Below are positions 1 to 8,007 of a stretch of 33,416 nucleotides of DNA, one piece after another. Source of the DNA: a virus. Its lineage: Duplodnaviria; Caudoviricetes. A program made the position numbers and the translations under genes. Position 1 is the stretch's first letter. Every line of letters begins with the position of its first letter. The DNA lies in the IMG/VR virus record IMGVR_UViG_3300025300_000050, positions 1-33,416 of that record. The stretch is one strand, 5' to 3'. The notes under the pieces are model-generated. The model made no database searches. It worked only from the letters and a program-made list of their open reading frames with translations, and was not told the DNA's origin.

Positions 1-745
1 ATCAATGCTCCGCCAGGGAGTAACCACCCCCATTTGCTTTCGTAGGCAGTTTGAATACCAGTACCGGCAGCACTAAAGGTTGTTTTTACCCCATCCCATA
101 TGGGCTTCCAATTATCCCTGATCCATATAATAGCCTTAATCAATGCTCCACCAGGGAGTAACCATCCGAAATTGCTTTCGTAGGCAAATTTAATACCAGC
201 ACTGGCAGTGCTAAAAGCATCTTTTGCCCCATCCCATATGGGCTTCCAATTATCCCTGATCCATAGAATAGCCTTAATCAATGCTCCGCCAGGGAGTAAC
301 CATCCGAAATTGCTTCCGTAGGCAGTTTTAATACCATCACAAGCAGTGCTAAAGGTTGTTTTTGTCCCATCCCATATGGGCTTCCAATTATCCCTGATCC
401 ATAGAATAGCCTTAATCAATGTTCCGCCAGGGAGTAACCATCCGAAATTGCTTTCGTAGGCAGTTTTAATACCAGCACTGGCAGTGCTAAAAGCATCTTT
501 TACCCCATCCCATATGGGCTTCCAATTATCCCTGATCCATAGAATAGCCTTAATCAATGTTCCGCCAGGGAGTAACCACCCCCATTTGCTTTCGTAGGCA
601 GTTTTAATACCATCACTGGCAGTTTCAAAAACTGTCTGTGTTCCCTTCCATGCAGCACCCCAAACATCCTTAAGAAAAAGGATTGCCTTAATCAATGCTC
701 CACCAGGGAGTAACCACCCCAATTTGCTGCGGTAGGCTTCAGAAA
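1..745 (-). repeat. Tandem 138-bp (46-aa) repeat within the tape measure gene, at least 6 copies
   Basis: CCAGGGAGTAACC recurs at 13, 151, 289, 427, 565 and 703. Unit is approximately WLLPGGALIKAILWIRDNWKPIWDGAKDAFSTASAGIKTAYESNFG. Confidence 0.95.
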
Positions 746-1736
746 TGAAGTCAAAGGCTATGGAGAGGCCATGTATAATATCATCCCATTTCTTCCATAT
801 CACGATGCCAGCCAATACGACTGCGGCCAACGCCAGGATGATCAGCGTAATCGGCCCCATTGCAATCGTGAGTGCAGCAAAAGCACCGGTTAAAATCGTA
901 ATGGAAGCAACCAGGGTTGGAAGGATAAGAAGGAAAACACCAGCAGCGAATGACATTGTTCCAAGGGCAGCGGCTGCGATAACGATAACTTTGGTCAAGT
1001 GTGGATGTTCTTCCGCAAATGCGGTAACCTTTACGGCTACTTTAGTCAAAAAAGCAGCCATCTTTTCAAGCGCAGGTAACAATCCAATGACTATAGCCTG
1101 ATGAACATCGCCCATTGAATTTTTTAGTTGGATAAATTTATCGGCATCAGCTTCGGCATGACCGGCAGCAACACCCATGACGGCAGCCAATCTTTCTGTG
1201 AAATCAGCTGTCGCATCTACAGATACACCGGTTGCGTCCGAAGTATTAGTCAAACCAACCATGAACTTCGATAAGGTTTCAGAAACAGTAGTGGCTGATC
1301 GCCCAGAGAATGCAGCGGCATCAAGGACAGCAGGGAGAGCCTGAAGAGCCTTTTCTTCATCCCCGATTACAGCAACTAACCGAGTGAGAACTTCACGTTG
1401 TTCTTCATCGCCGAAGTTCGTCTTTCTCTGTAGAGAAGTGATAGTGCGTTCAATCTCTTTTCTACTACTTGCATAAGATGAACCAACCCCTTGTAGTGCA
1501 ACGTCGAGTTTACGAATACCTCTCTCTTGCTCATTAACACTTTTGATACCTAATGCAAGCACACCCAACGTTGCAAGGCCGAAACCAGTCAAGGCAGTTC
1601 CGAACCCTCGTATCTTTCCAGCATTTTGTTTGATGCTGTCATTAAACCGTGCGAACCGGCCTTGAGCTTGATCAAGCGATTTCTTGGATTCATCCTTGAC
1701 CTTTAGCAGCACTGATAGAGTGGCAATATCAGCCAT
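1..1736 (-). CDS. Tail tape measure protein (3' end outside window)
   Basis: Not in the ORF track because it runs off the edge. I translated it from ATG 1736 (SD AAGGAG): MADIATLSVLLKVKDESKKSLDQAQGRF..., followed by helical Ala/Leu-rich sequence, hydrophobic segments and Trp-rich repeats. It lies directly downstream of the tail chaperone. Confidence 0.92.
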   Translation of the reverse strand, partial: MADIATLSVLLKVKDESKKSLDQAQGRFARFNDSIKQNAGKIRGFGTALTGFGLATLGVLALGIKSVNEQERGIRKLDVALQGVGSSYASSRKEIERTITSLQRKTNFGDEEQREVLTRLVAVIGDEEKALQALPAVLDAAAFSGRSATTVSETLSKFMVGLTNTSDATGVSVDATADFTERLAAVMGVAAGHAEADADKFIQLKNSMGDVHQAIVIGLLPALEKMAAFLTKVAVKVTAFAEEHPHLTKVIVIAAAALGTMSFAAGVFLLILPTLVASITILTGAFAALTIAMGPITLIILALAAVVLAGIVIWKKWDDIIHGLSIAFDFISEAYRSKLGWLLPGGALIKAILFLKDVWGAAWKGTQTVFETASDGIKTAYESKWGWLLPGGTLIKAILWIRDNWKPIWDGVKDAFSTASAGIKTAYESNFGWLLPGGTLIKAILWIRDNWKPIWDGTKTTFSTACDGIKTAYGSNFGWLLPGGALIKAILWIRDNWKPIWDGAKDAFSTASAGIKFAYESNFGWLLPGGALIKAIIWIRDNWKPIWDGVKTTFSAAGTGIQTAYESKWGWLLPGGAL

Positions 1737-1753
1737 GCTGCTCCTTTGCTACC

Positions 1754-2044
1754 TTATTCATCTTCATCATCATCTTCATCCAACAGATCGGTCATCCACT
1801 TCCAGAGCTTCACTTGATCCGAAGTCAACTTGTCAAACCCTTTGTCCTGATTGATCTGTGCTTTGATAGCTTTCCATGACCGGTAAACATTAACCATCCG
1901 CACTTCTGTGACATTCTGTCCTTTTGCGGTTTCAAGGTCACAGTTAAATGTTTCTGCGATCTCACTTAAAGTAGCGTCTGGGGGTTGGGGGTAGTCACCG
2001 TTACGGTCTGCGATATATCGGGCAAGAGCTGTGTACCGTTTTTT
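1754..2044 (-). CDS. -1 frameshift extension of the tail assembly chaperone (gpGT-like C-terminal part)
   Basis: After CTA AAA AAC (slippery A-AAA-AAC, 2044-2038) the -1 frame is open: KRYTALARYIADRNGDYPQPP...WKWMTDLLDEDDDEDE, stop at 1754-1756, ending just before the tape measure SD. Confidence 0.85.
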   Translation of the reverse strand, partial: KKRYTALARYIADRNGDYPQPPDATLSEIAETFNCDLETAKGQNVTEVRMVNVYRSWKAIKAQINQDKGFDKLTSDQVKLWKWMTDLLDEDDDEDE

Positions 2045-2514
2045 AGTTCATCATCCGATTGGTCATTTATAGACTGCACCATGAGATAAGCCAGTTCATC
2101 ATTGGACAGGTCTTTGAACGCTGATGGATTGTTCCAAGGTTTTGGAAGAAGCTGACCTTGGAGGTCTGTCCAATTCCAATCAATAATGCGTCTTGCTAGA
2201 GACTCACAAGTTGCATCAATCCAATCAGTAGTTTCCTCCGCATCAATGTCTTTGCCACTCATACCTTGAAGCCTACTCAGCATAATCGATTCCCCAACGG
2301 TTATCACGGGAATATATTTGATCCATTCGCCGATGTGTACATAGGATAACTGGCCTTCCTTAACAATCGCACCATCTGCAATGATCCTCCCGATGCTGAT
2401 AGTGCAATCATCCGATTTACGACATATTGGAGGGATTTTCCAGTTAGGTTGTGGTGGGACGATCTCGCTATCCACCACAACCGCTGGCACTTGACTTTGA
2501 TGTTCTTGCTGCAT
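1966..2514 (-). CDS. Tail assembly chaperone (gpG-like)
   Basis: Lies between tail tube and tape measure genes; IIDWNWTDxxGxxLP motif typical of tail chaperones; slippery site near the 3' end. Confidence 0.8.
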   Translation of the reverse strand: MQQEHQSQVPAVVVDSEIVPPQPNWKIPPICRKSDDCTISIGRIIADGAIVKEGQLSYVHIGEWIKYIPVITVGESIMLSRLQGMSGKDIDAEETTDWIDATCESLARRIIDWNWTDLQGQLLPKPWNNPSAFKDLSNDELAYLMVQSINDQSDDELKNGTQLLPDISQTVTVTTPNPQTLL

Positions 2515-2552
2515 TGGGTCTCCTTTACTTAGTTCTGTTATTTAGTCTTTAT

Positions 2553-2960
2553 TTAAGCTCTGGTCGGTGCGGCTCCATCAGCAGCAGCGGAGCCACCATT
2601 GTGCCGCAAACTGAGCGAATACTTGATAGCGTCGTTTACCGAGGCTGTGATTGAATAGCTGGTTACGATAGCGAAACCGTTATACCCTGTGGAGCCATCC
2701 GGCTCGAAGTCCCATTCTTCGCCTTCCAAACCCAACTCACCGAAGATCGTTGCATCGCCCTGGGACGATGCAGGGTCCCAAGCACCGTCTGCATCCATCG
2801 TAGCTGTAGGTTTGCCAGCTAGGAAGTTCTGCCACGAATCCGCAAAGGCTGTGATATCTGCTTCCGGAACACTGAAGTTGACCGTAGCGGAACTAAGTTC
2901 ATCTTCTAACGCCACTGAATCAAAAGAGAAATCCGCATCTTTACCATGAGTTCTTGCCAT
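2553..2960 (-). CDS. Tail tube / major tail protein paralog 3
   Basis: 135 aa, acidic and beta-rich, DITAFAD...LAGK...G-W-DP pattern; immediately upstream of the chaperone; SD GGAGG. Confidence 0.8.
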   Translation of the reverse strand: MARTHGKDADFSFDSVALEDELSSATVNFSVPEADITAFADSWQNFLAGKPTATMDADGAWDPASSQGDATIFGELGLEGEEWDFEPDGSTGYNGFAIVTSYSITASVNDAIKYSLSLRHNGGSAAADGAAPTRA

Positions 2961-3012
2961 TATGCACCTCCATAATTTGCCCTCTGAGGGCTTAAATTGG
3001 ATTCTAGGGCTA

Positions 3013-3438
3013 TTACGACACTACCCTGGTAGTTGCACCGGAATTTTGGATAGAAGCCGAATAACTGGCTTTATCCCCGACAGGAAAAGAAATCGAAAGA
3101 GACGCTACCAGAGAACCGGTTGGGGCTGATGCTGCACATTGATACTCCGGATCATTGGTATCCGGCCCAGAACCAGTAGGGTCTAAAACGGTTGCAACTA
3201 CTCCACCACCCACGGCATCAAATAGAGTATTGACACCCTGGCTGGCTGCTGGATCAAGAGAACCTCCAATATCAATCGTGACGTTTTTCTTGCCAGCCAG
3301 AAAGTTTTGATATATATCTGCAAAAGCCGTAATGTCGGCTTCAGCAACCGCGAAGTTGATTGTCGCCGTATCGAGTTCATCTTCAATAGCCACTGCGTTG
3401 AAGCTGAAATTCAAGTCTTTGCCGTGCGTCCTCGCCAC
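3013..3438 (-). CDS. Tail tube / major tail protein paralog 2
   Basis: Aligns by eye with 2553..2960 (MARTHGKDxxFSFxxVAxEDEL...ADITAFAD..QNFLAGK). Confidence 0.78.
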   Translation of the reverse strand: MARTHGKDLNFSFNAVAIEDELDTATINFAVAEADITAFADIYQNFLAGKKNVTIDIGGSLDPAASQGVNTLFDAVGGGVVATVLDPTGSGPDTNDPEYQCAASAPTGSLVASLSISFPVGDKASYSASIQNSGATTRVVS

Positions 3439-3483
3439 TCTTCACCTCCACATTTAATCTAATGATCCGGATCAACCATGTCG

Positions 3484-4236
3484 TCAGTCATTATATTCTC
3501 GAACGCCGAAAGCTATCACAATGCTAAACGCCCTACTACCACCACCAGACACAGTGGCCACCGCCCTCCAATATGTATCAGTGACCGTAGCTGTAATTTC
3601 TTGGACTTCATAGGTGGCTGTACTGGTCTGATTGAGAGTGGTAAAGGTAGCCCTGGTAGTTTCACCGCCTGCTGAAGCATTAGCATCACTCTCTATGGTA
3701 ACCACCAGATCATTGCTTCCTGATCCTGATGGAGCAGCTAGCAATCGCAGGACTGCAACACCACGTTGACTGGCACCGATCGCTCCCTGTTGGTACTTGG
3801 TGCCAGTAGCAGTGGACGAAATAGCTGTAGCAGTATAGAGGATGATGGATCGGTTTAAGGCATTATCACCCCGCCAGTTAACATCAAGAGTGATCGCTTC
3901 ACCAATCGTGGATGCCCTGGCTTGATCGCCTGGATTAGTCAAACCTTCATATCCGAAGGAACCAGCTACTGTATCTTGATAAATTCCCAATTGGCGGTCT
4001 ACTGTCGTAAGGTCAGCAAACATTTCAATATCATAGCCACCAGAGGCGGGGTCAAGTAGACCACCTATGCTGGCTGTGAATCCTGGCTTGCCTTCCAGGT
4101 AGGTCATATCAGTATCAGCAAATGCAGTGATGTCAACTAACGCATTGGTTACGTCAATTGTACAAACATTGGATACACCAGAAAAATCAAATTCATCTAC
4201 ATAATGGGCAACTGATTTAGCATGGATTCTAGCCAT
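3484..4236 (-). CDS. Tail tube-like paralog 1 with C-terminal beta-sandwich-like extension
   Basis: MARIHAK...VDITAFAD...LEGK...GGLLDPAS is shared with the two downstream genes; about 120 extra Thr/Ala/Ser-rich C-terminal residues. Confidence 0.7.
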   Translation of the reverse strand: MARIHAKSVAHYVDEFDFSGVSNVCTIDVTNALVDITAFADTDMTYLEGKPGFTASIGGLLDPASGGYDIEMFADLTTVDRQLGIYQDTVAGSFGYEGLTNPGDQARASTIGEAITLDVNWRGDNALNRSIILYTATAISSTATGTKYQQGAIGASQRGVAVLRLLAAPSGSGSNDLVVTIESDANASAGGETTRATFTTLNQTSTATYEVQEITATVTDTYWRAVATVSGGGSRAFSIVIAFGVREYND

Positions 4237-4238
4237 AA

Positions 4239-4535
4239 TTATGTACCTCGCGACCGTTCATTTTTCTTACGTCTGAGCGGGTTGTCTCGTTTCTTTTTTA
4301 TCGCAGCAGCACTCCGCACCAGTAAGGCTTTTTGTTCTGGAGACCCATCATAGACTGCAATGGCTCCGGTGCTAAAAAGTCTTTCAGCATTAACACTTTC
4401 ATCGCCATCCAGTTGGAACCTTTGCCCTGCCTCAACCTTGGTAGAACTCGGAATAGAACCTGGAGCATTCAGTATGTTTAGACGAACAAGTGCAATCAAC
4501 CATTCTTCAGCTAATTCGTTCTGCGAATCCTCCAT
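4239..4535 (-). CDS. Small hypothetical tail-region protein, paralog of 4507..4755
   Basis: Shares NxPxS...G..F.LDGDE....L...G with the neighbouring gene. Confidence 0.65.
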   Translation of the reverse strand: MEDSQNELAEEWLIALVRLNILNAPGSIPSSTKVEAGQRFQLDGDESVNAERLFSTGAIAVYDGSPEQKALLVRSAAAIKKKRDNPLRRKKNERSRGT

Positions 4536-4755
4536 CGATCAATTCCTTCTCAGTTAGTGGTTCGTCACCGTCTAGGCTGAATACATCACCATGCGAAATT
4601 ATCAAGAATGTGCTAGAACTAGAAGGCCCATTCATAAGCCGGAACTTTTTCAATGCCTTTAACACAATACTAGGATATGTACCCAAGGTCTGACGTTGAA
4701 CTTCTCCTTGCTTGCTCAGCTGTTCCAGGCGATCAGCTGCATCCTGAGCATTCAT
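4507..4755 (-). CDS. Small hypothetical tail-region protein
   Basis: Start reassigned to ATG 4755 (AGGAG SD, MNAQDAADRL); contains FSLDGDEP. Confidence 0.65.
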   Translation of the reverse strand: MNAQDAADRLEQLSKQGEVQRQTLGTYPSIVLKALKKFRLMNGPSSSSTFLIISHGDVFSLDGDEPLTEKELIDGGFAERIS

Positions 4756-4765
4756 AGTTATACTC

Positions 4766-5191
4766 CTACGGCTCATCAGCCCAGATATCATAGAATGCTC
4801 CTACGTGGAACCAGCGTTCACGTCCAACGTGTTCAGAGAAGATCACATCCCGCACTTTCTCGCAATAAAGGAAAGTATGATTTTCAATGCTCAAAGTAGC
4901 GCGATCCAGAAGATTGATAATCTGGCTCTGGATATCCTGGCCTGGTTTAGGCCATCCATCATCCGTAACAGCCTTCACAAGGTAACGAACTGTGTGGTAT
5001 TTCTCGGTAGGACTGAAGGATCGAGAGGAATCCACATTGTCAACGAAGTTAAAGACCACGAATGGTGGTGCAGTCTCTTCCGGTGCTATCCAGTTATGCA
5101 CTCCACCTGTTGCAAGACTAGTAACAGCAGATACATTTAAGGCTGTGAAAAGGCCCTTATCGCAAGCCTGCACTATATTGTCAGTCGACAC
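4766..5191 (-). CDS. Tail terminator / tail completion protein (DUF3168-like)
   Basis: Probable GTG start at 5191 with GAGGAG SD; APEETAPPFVVF motif; located between the HK97 gp10-like gene and the tail tube genes. Confidence 0.75.
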   Translation of the reverse strand: MSTDNIVQACDKGLFTALNVSAVTSLATGGVHNWIAPEETAPPFVVFNFVDNVDSSRSFSPTEKYHTVRYLVKAVTDDGWPKPGQDIQSQIINLLDRATLSIENHTFLYCEKVRDVIFSEHVGRERWFHVGAFYDIWADEP

Positions 5192-5528
5192 TGGTGAAAA
5201 GCTCCTCAATCTCATCATGAAATCGCGGCTTGACAGACAGGAGAGCTGGCACCATGTAAGGACGGGCTGGCATGTTGCGAGTGCCGAGTTCAAGGAAATG
5301 GGCGTAATCGGTGCCGGTGTTAACCTGACCACCGATTCCCATTGTATCTAATTCAGTGTGAATCGCTGCACGGTTTCTACCAGTATCGACAGGAGACCTC
5401 TTTTTAGCCTCAGCTTCAACCCTAAATAGGTTGCGCCGCACAATTTTCTTTAACTCCGGATGGACCGTATCTATTAATTTCTGTAGCTTCCGGTCATCAA
5501 GTTCGCTGCGAAAACTGACACTAATCAT
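5181..5528 (-). CDS. HK97 gp10-like tail component
   Basis: AKKRSPVDTGRNRAAI...YAHFLELGTRNMPARPYMVPAL is the gp10-family signature. Confidence 0.9.
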   Translation of the reverse strand: MISVSFRSELDDRKLQKLIDTVHPELKKIVRRNLFRVEAEAKKRSPVDTGRNRAAIHTELDTMGIGGQVNTGTDYAHFLELGTRNMPARPYMVPALLSVKPRFHDEIEELFTSVD

Positions 5529-5869
5529 TATGCGTTTTTCTCACCTACTGAAATTTCTAGGTGACCAATACCAAAAGCCAAATTCGAAGGCTTCCGCACT
5601 CCTACAACCTCAAAGACACGCGATCCACTATCCATTGTGACCCTCTTTGTTTCATCAACCGCCACATCATGATTGGCATAGATAACGTATGTCCTCAGGT
5701 TATCTTCTCTGTTGAGCCGTATGGCTTCAGTGGTGCGACCACTGATTTCGGATAACCGGCCTTGAAAGGTGTTACCGTTGGCATAGCTACTGCTTCGCCC
5801 ACCGTATCCATCGGCACTTAACGTCCGGTTCTGAATGGTAAATGTGGTATCTAGGAGTCCTGTAAACAT
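5528..5869 (-). CDS. Head closure / head-tail adaptor (SPP1 gp16-like)
   Basis: TIQNRTLSADGYGG...RVFEVVGV pattern; size and position fit. Confidence 0.8.
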   Translation of the reverse strand: MFTGLLDTTFTIQNRTLSADGYGGRSSSYANGNTFQGRLSEISGRTTEAIRLNREDNLRTYVIYANHDVAVDETKRVTMDSGSRVFEVVGVRKPSNLAFGIGHLEISVGEKNA

Positions 5870-5872
5870 GTA

Positions 5873-6124
5873 CTACGGCTTCGCTTTCGATTGCTTCGCT
5901 ACATCAGCTTTTAGTACTGGCTCAACTAATCGGTATTGCAATATCGAAACAATGGCATTGACTGACATATGGCCTAGTGCCTCAAGCTGTTTCGGATCGT
6001 CTATGGTTCCATCTTCGATTCTAGCCCGGGCATAACGGATAGTATCTCGCAGCTGTGTAAAACCTTGCCCTGGAACTAACCGTAAGATTGTTTCCACTAG
6101 TCGTTCCACTAATTTATTAATCAT
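5873..6124 (-). CDS. Hypothetical protein
   Basis: ORF with GAGGAG SD, tightly packed in the operon. Confidence 0.6.
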   Translation of the reverse strand: MINKLVERLVETILRLVPGQGFTQLRDTIRYARARIEDGTIDDPKQLEALGHMSVNAIVSILQYRLVEPVLKADVAKQSKAKP

Positions 6125-6136
6125 GTTTTTTACTCC

Positions 6137-6346
6137 TCACCATAACAACCATCGGGACAGAACTTCCATAGAAATAGCCCCAGTGCCGATCAGACCACCA
6201 CCGGCCATCACCTTCTGCCGTGTTTTGTTTCCGCGTTCATAGAGTATTTCTACTCTGGCTTCCATAGCCTGGATGCGCTCTAAAAGGTTATCTTGGCTAA
6301 CCTCTATTCGTCCCAACATGCGCTGAACATCATCCCAGGGAGTCAT
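6137..6346 (-). CDS. Small coiled-coil protein with C-terminal hydrophobic segment (holin/hemolysin XhlA-like architecture)
   Basis: Heptad-like N-terminus followed by a Gly-rich hydrophobic tail (MAGGGLIGTGAISMEVLSRWLLW). Confidence 0.5.
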   Translation of the reverse strand: MTPWDDVQRMLGRIEVSQDNLLERIQAMEARVEILYERGNKTRQKVMAGGGLIGTGAISMEVLSRWLLW

Positions 6347-6349
6347 TGG

Positions 6350-6502
6350 CTATTCATTCTCCAATACCTTCATCCCCAATGCGATAACCCCTCCGATGGT
6401 ACCGGTGGCTATCTCAGGCATCCCCTCGGTAATGCCTACCACTGCAAGTCCACCAAGCACTATTATGGCGAGGAATATCTGCGGCCGTACCTTGCCGATC
6501 AT
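6350..6502 (-). CDS. 50-aa two-TM membrane protein (holin-like)
   Basis: Below the ORF-track cutoff. Translated as MIGKVRPQIFLAIIVLGGLAVVGITEGMPEIATGTIGGVIALGMKVLENE; it fills the gap between neighbours exactly. Confidence 0.7.
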   Translation of the reverse strand: MIGKVRPQIFLAIIVLGGLAVVGITEGMPEIATGTIGGVIALGMKVLENE

Positions 6503-6504
6503 GA

Positions 6505-7317
6505 TTACTTCACCGTCGTTTCGATCTCAATGTTGTTGTCGCCAGTGCTGTTTTTGACTGTCAAACTACTAAACAGGAAATCCGCCGTAGCTAGGCCGTC
6601 TCCTGTCCCGATCACCATGTTCTTTAGCGTCATCGTGCCTACGTTGAGGTCACTGATCACGCAATCCCCGCCAAAGGTGCGTACATTCGTTACTGTGAGC
6701 GTCTTGATGACTGCACCCGAGGTGCCGCCCCGAAGAATGATTTTATCGTACGTCTCATTGGTTGCAGTGAGGTTGGTATTGCCTCGGCTGGATGCTACCG
6801 ACACGTTGCTCGGAGTGCCTACGGTCAAGGCGAAGCTATTTCCGTCGGCTTGGTTGTCCTCATAAATGAGATCATGGACGGTCGCATCGCTAACCGTGAG
6901 TTTTCCACAACGCAGTCCATCTACTGTCATGGTCTCAATCAGAGTGTCGCCAGTGCCACTAATCTCAAACACATTGACTACGCCACTAGCTACACCAACA
7001 TCCAACTCGGATAGGTTGATGGTGCCGAACCGCTGTCCATCAATGGTCAGGTCGAAGCTGCGGGTTTCGGGGAGTTCTGCTAGATCGGAATTGCTGACCA
7101 GTGATCTGGGTGACTCTCGTAGATCGTAGATACCAGGATCGGGGATCGATGCCCAGGTTTTGCCATTGGCAAACAGCAGAATGAGGCCCACGGTAACACC
7201 GAATGCTATCACCAGAGCCATGCCTACCCAGATCATGGGGTTGCTATGCCCCGTAGCCATTGTGGGCATCGAGTAACGATAAGCTTGACGGTCTAACATG
7301 CGGATGCGGAACTTCAC
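6505..7317 (-). CDS. Membrane-anchored protein with beta-solenoid-like C-terminal domain
   Basis: TM segment IWVGMALVIAFGVTVGLILLFA, then repeated xTLTVxxL/V strands. Confidence 0.65.
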   Translation of the reverse strand: MKFRIRMLDRQAYRYSMPTMATGHSNPMIWVGMALVIAFGVTVGLILLFANGKTWASIPDPGIYDLRESPRSLVSNSDLAELPETRSFDLTIDGQRFGTINLSELDVGVASGVVNVFEISGTGDTLIETMTVDGLRCGKLTVSDATVHDLIYEDNQADGNSFALTVGTPSNVSVASSRGNTNLTATNETYDKIILRGGTSGAVIKTLTVTNVRTFGGDCVISDLNVGTMTLKNMVIGTGDGLATADFLFSSLTVKNSTGDNNIEIETTVK

Positions 7318-7658
7318 TTGCCACCTCCATTAACGCCAGTGGCTGCGTTAGTATCCTTTACACCGCCCTCACTCACCCACCGGCGGAAAAGTTCTCCGAG
7401 GACTGCTCCAACAGGCAGGTTTAGGGCCGCTACAGGTATCATGAGTCCCTCCACGTTATCCAGGAGGGATATGTCTCCGAGAATCCTTAAGCTGATCATC
7501 AAAAGCAGGATGAGCCACATCCAGACCACGGGGACGGCGACGAGGGCAACCAAAATTGTGGTGCCTGAAATGGTATCTGGTAACCCTCGCCCTGTTGGTT
7601 GTGCTGGTGGAGAAGGTGGTTGTGGTGGTGGTGATATATCGTCAGATGGTGTTGTCAT
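7314..7658 (-). CDS. Membrane protein with Pro-rich N-terminus
   Basis: Long hydrophobic stretch plus a second hydrophobic segment; GGAGG SD; GTGA overlap with the next gene. Confidence 0.65.
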   Translation of the reverse strand: MTTPSDDISPPPQPPSPPAQPTGRGLPDTISGTTILVALVAVPVVWMWLILLLMISLRILGDISLLDNVEGLMIPVAALNLPVGAVLGELFRRWVSEGGVKDTNAATGVNGGGK

Positions 7659-7680
7659 GTATCGTCCTCCGATTTAATGC

Positions 7681-7711
7681 AAAACTCCCTGGACACAAAC
7701 GCCAGGGAAGT
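7681..7711 (-). terminator. Putative intrinsic terminator/attenuator downstream of the Com-like gene
   Basis: Minus strand TCCCTGG-N9-CCAGGGA followed by GTTTTG. Confidence 0.55.
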
Positions 7712-7770
7712 CATATTGACTACACCGACGCTCTAGGCGTTCATCGAACCTCTTGGGTCTCTAGGGTGCT

Positions 7771-8007
7771 TTATTCGATTGTCGTAGAAGCTAGCTGTTT
7801 AATCCAACCACCTATGCCATCCGGAAGAAGTGCTACTTGTTCCTGGTCAACACCGAATTGATTGAGATGACTGCACTTGCACTGAATCTCAACGGACGAT
7901 TTAAGTTCTAGATATAGTCGCTCTAGCTTCCGGTGGCACCGTTCACAGTAAACCCATTGCATCGCTTCAAGTTCATCTTCGGGAATGTGGATACGCACGA
8001 TTTTCAT
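7771..8007 (-). CDS. Mu Com-like zinc-ribbon regulator
   Basis: VYCERCHRKL...VEIQCKCSHLN matches the Com-family CxxCxxxL...IEIxC(xx)CxxxN layout. Confidence 0.6.
   Translation of the reverse strand: MKIVRIHIPEDELEAMQWVYCERCHRKLERLYLELKSSVEIQCKCSHLNQFGVDQEQVALLPDGIGGWIKQLASTTIE

Noticed and set aside
1-745. Regular repeats as a possible CRISPR array
   Set aside because: The whole 138-bp unit is repeated with no unique spacers, and it is in-frame coding sequence of the tape measure gene.
745-1101. Plus-strand 118-aa ORF
   Set aside because: Antisense shadow of the hydrophobic part of the tape measure gene.
4766-5332. ORF-track long starts (5332, 4791, 15736, 17076, 21873, 27236, 30843)
   Set aside because: They overlap upstream genes or promoters. 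Downstream starts fit better: 5191, 4755, 15697, 16986, 21804 and 27194 have good SD sequences, and 30942 marks where HsdM similarity begins (weak SD).
6293-6865. Plus-strand 190-aa ORF and similar plus-strand ORFs across the structural region
   Set aside because: Opposite to a tightly packed minus-strand operon; no SD or recognisable motifs.
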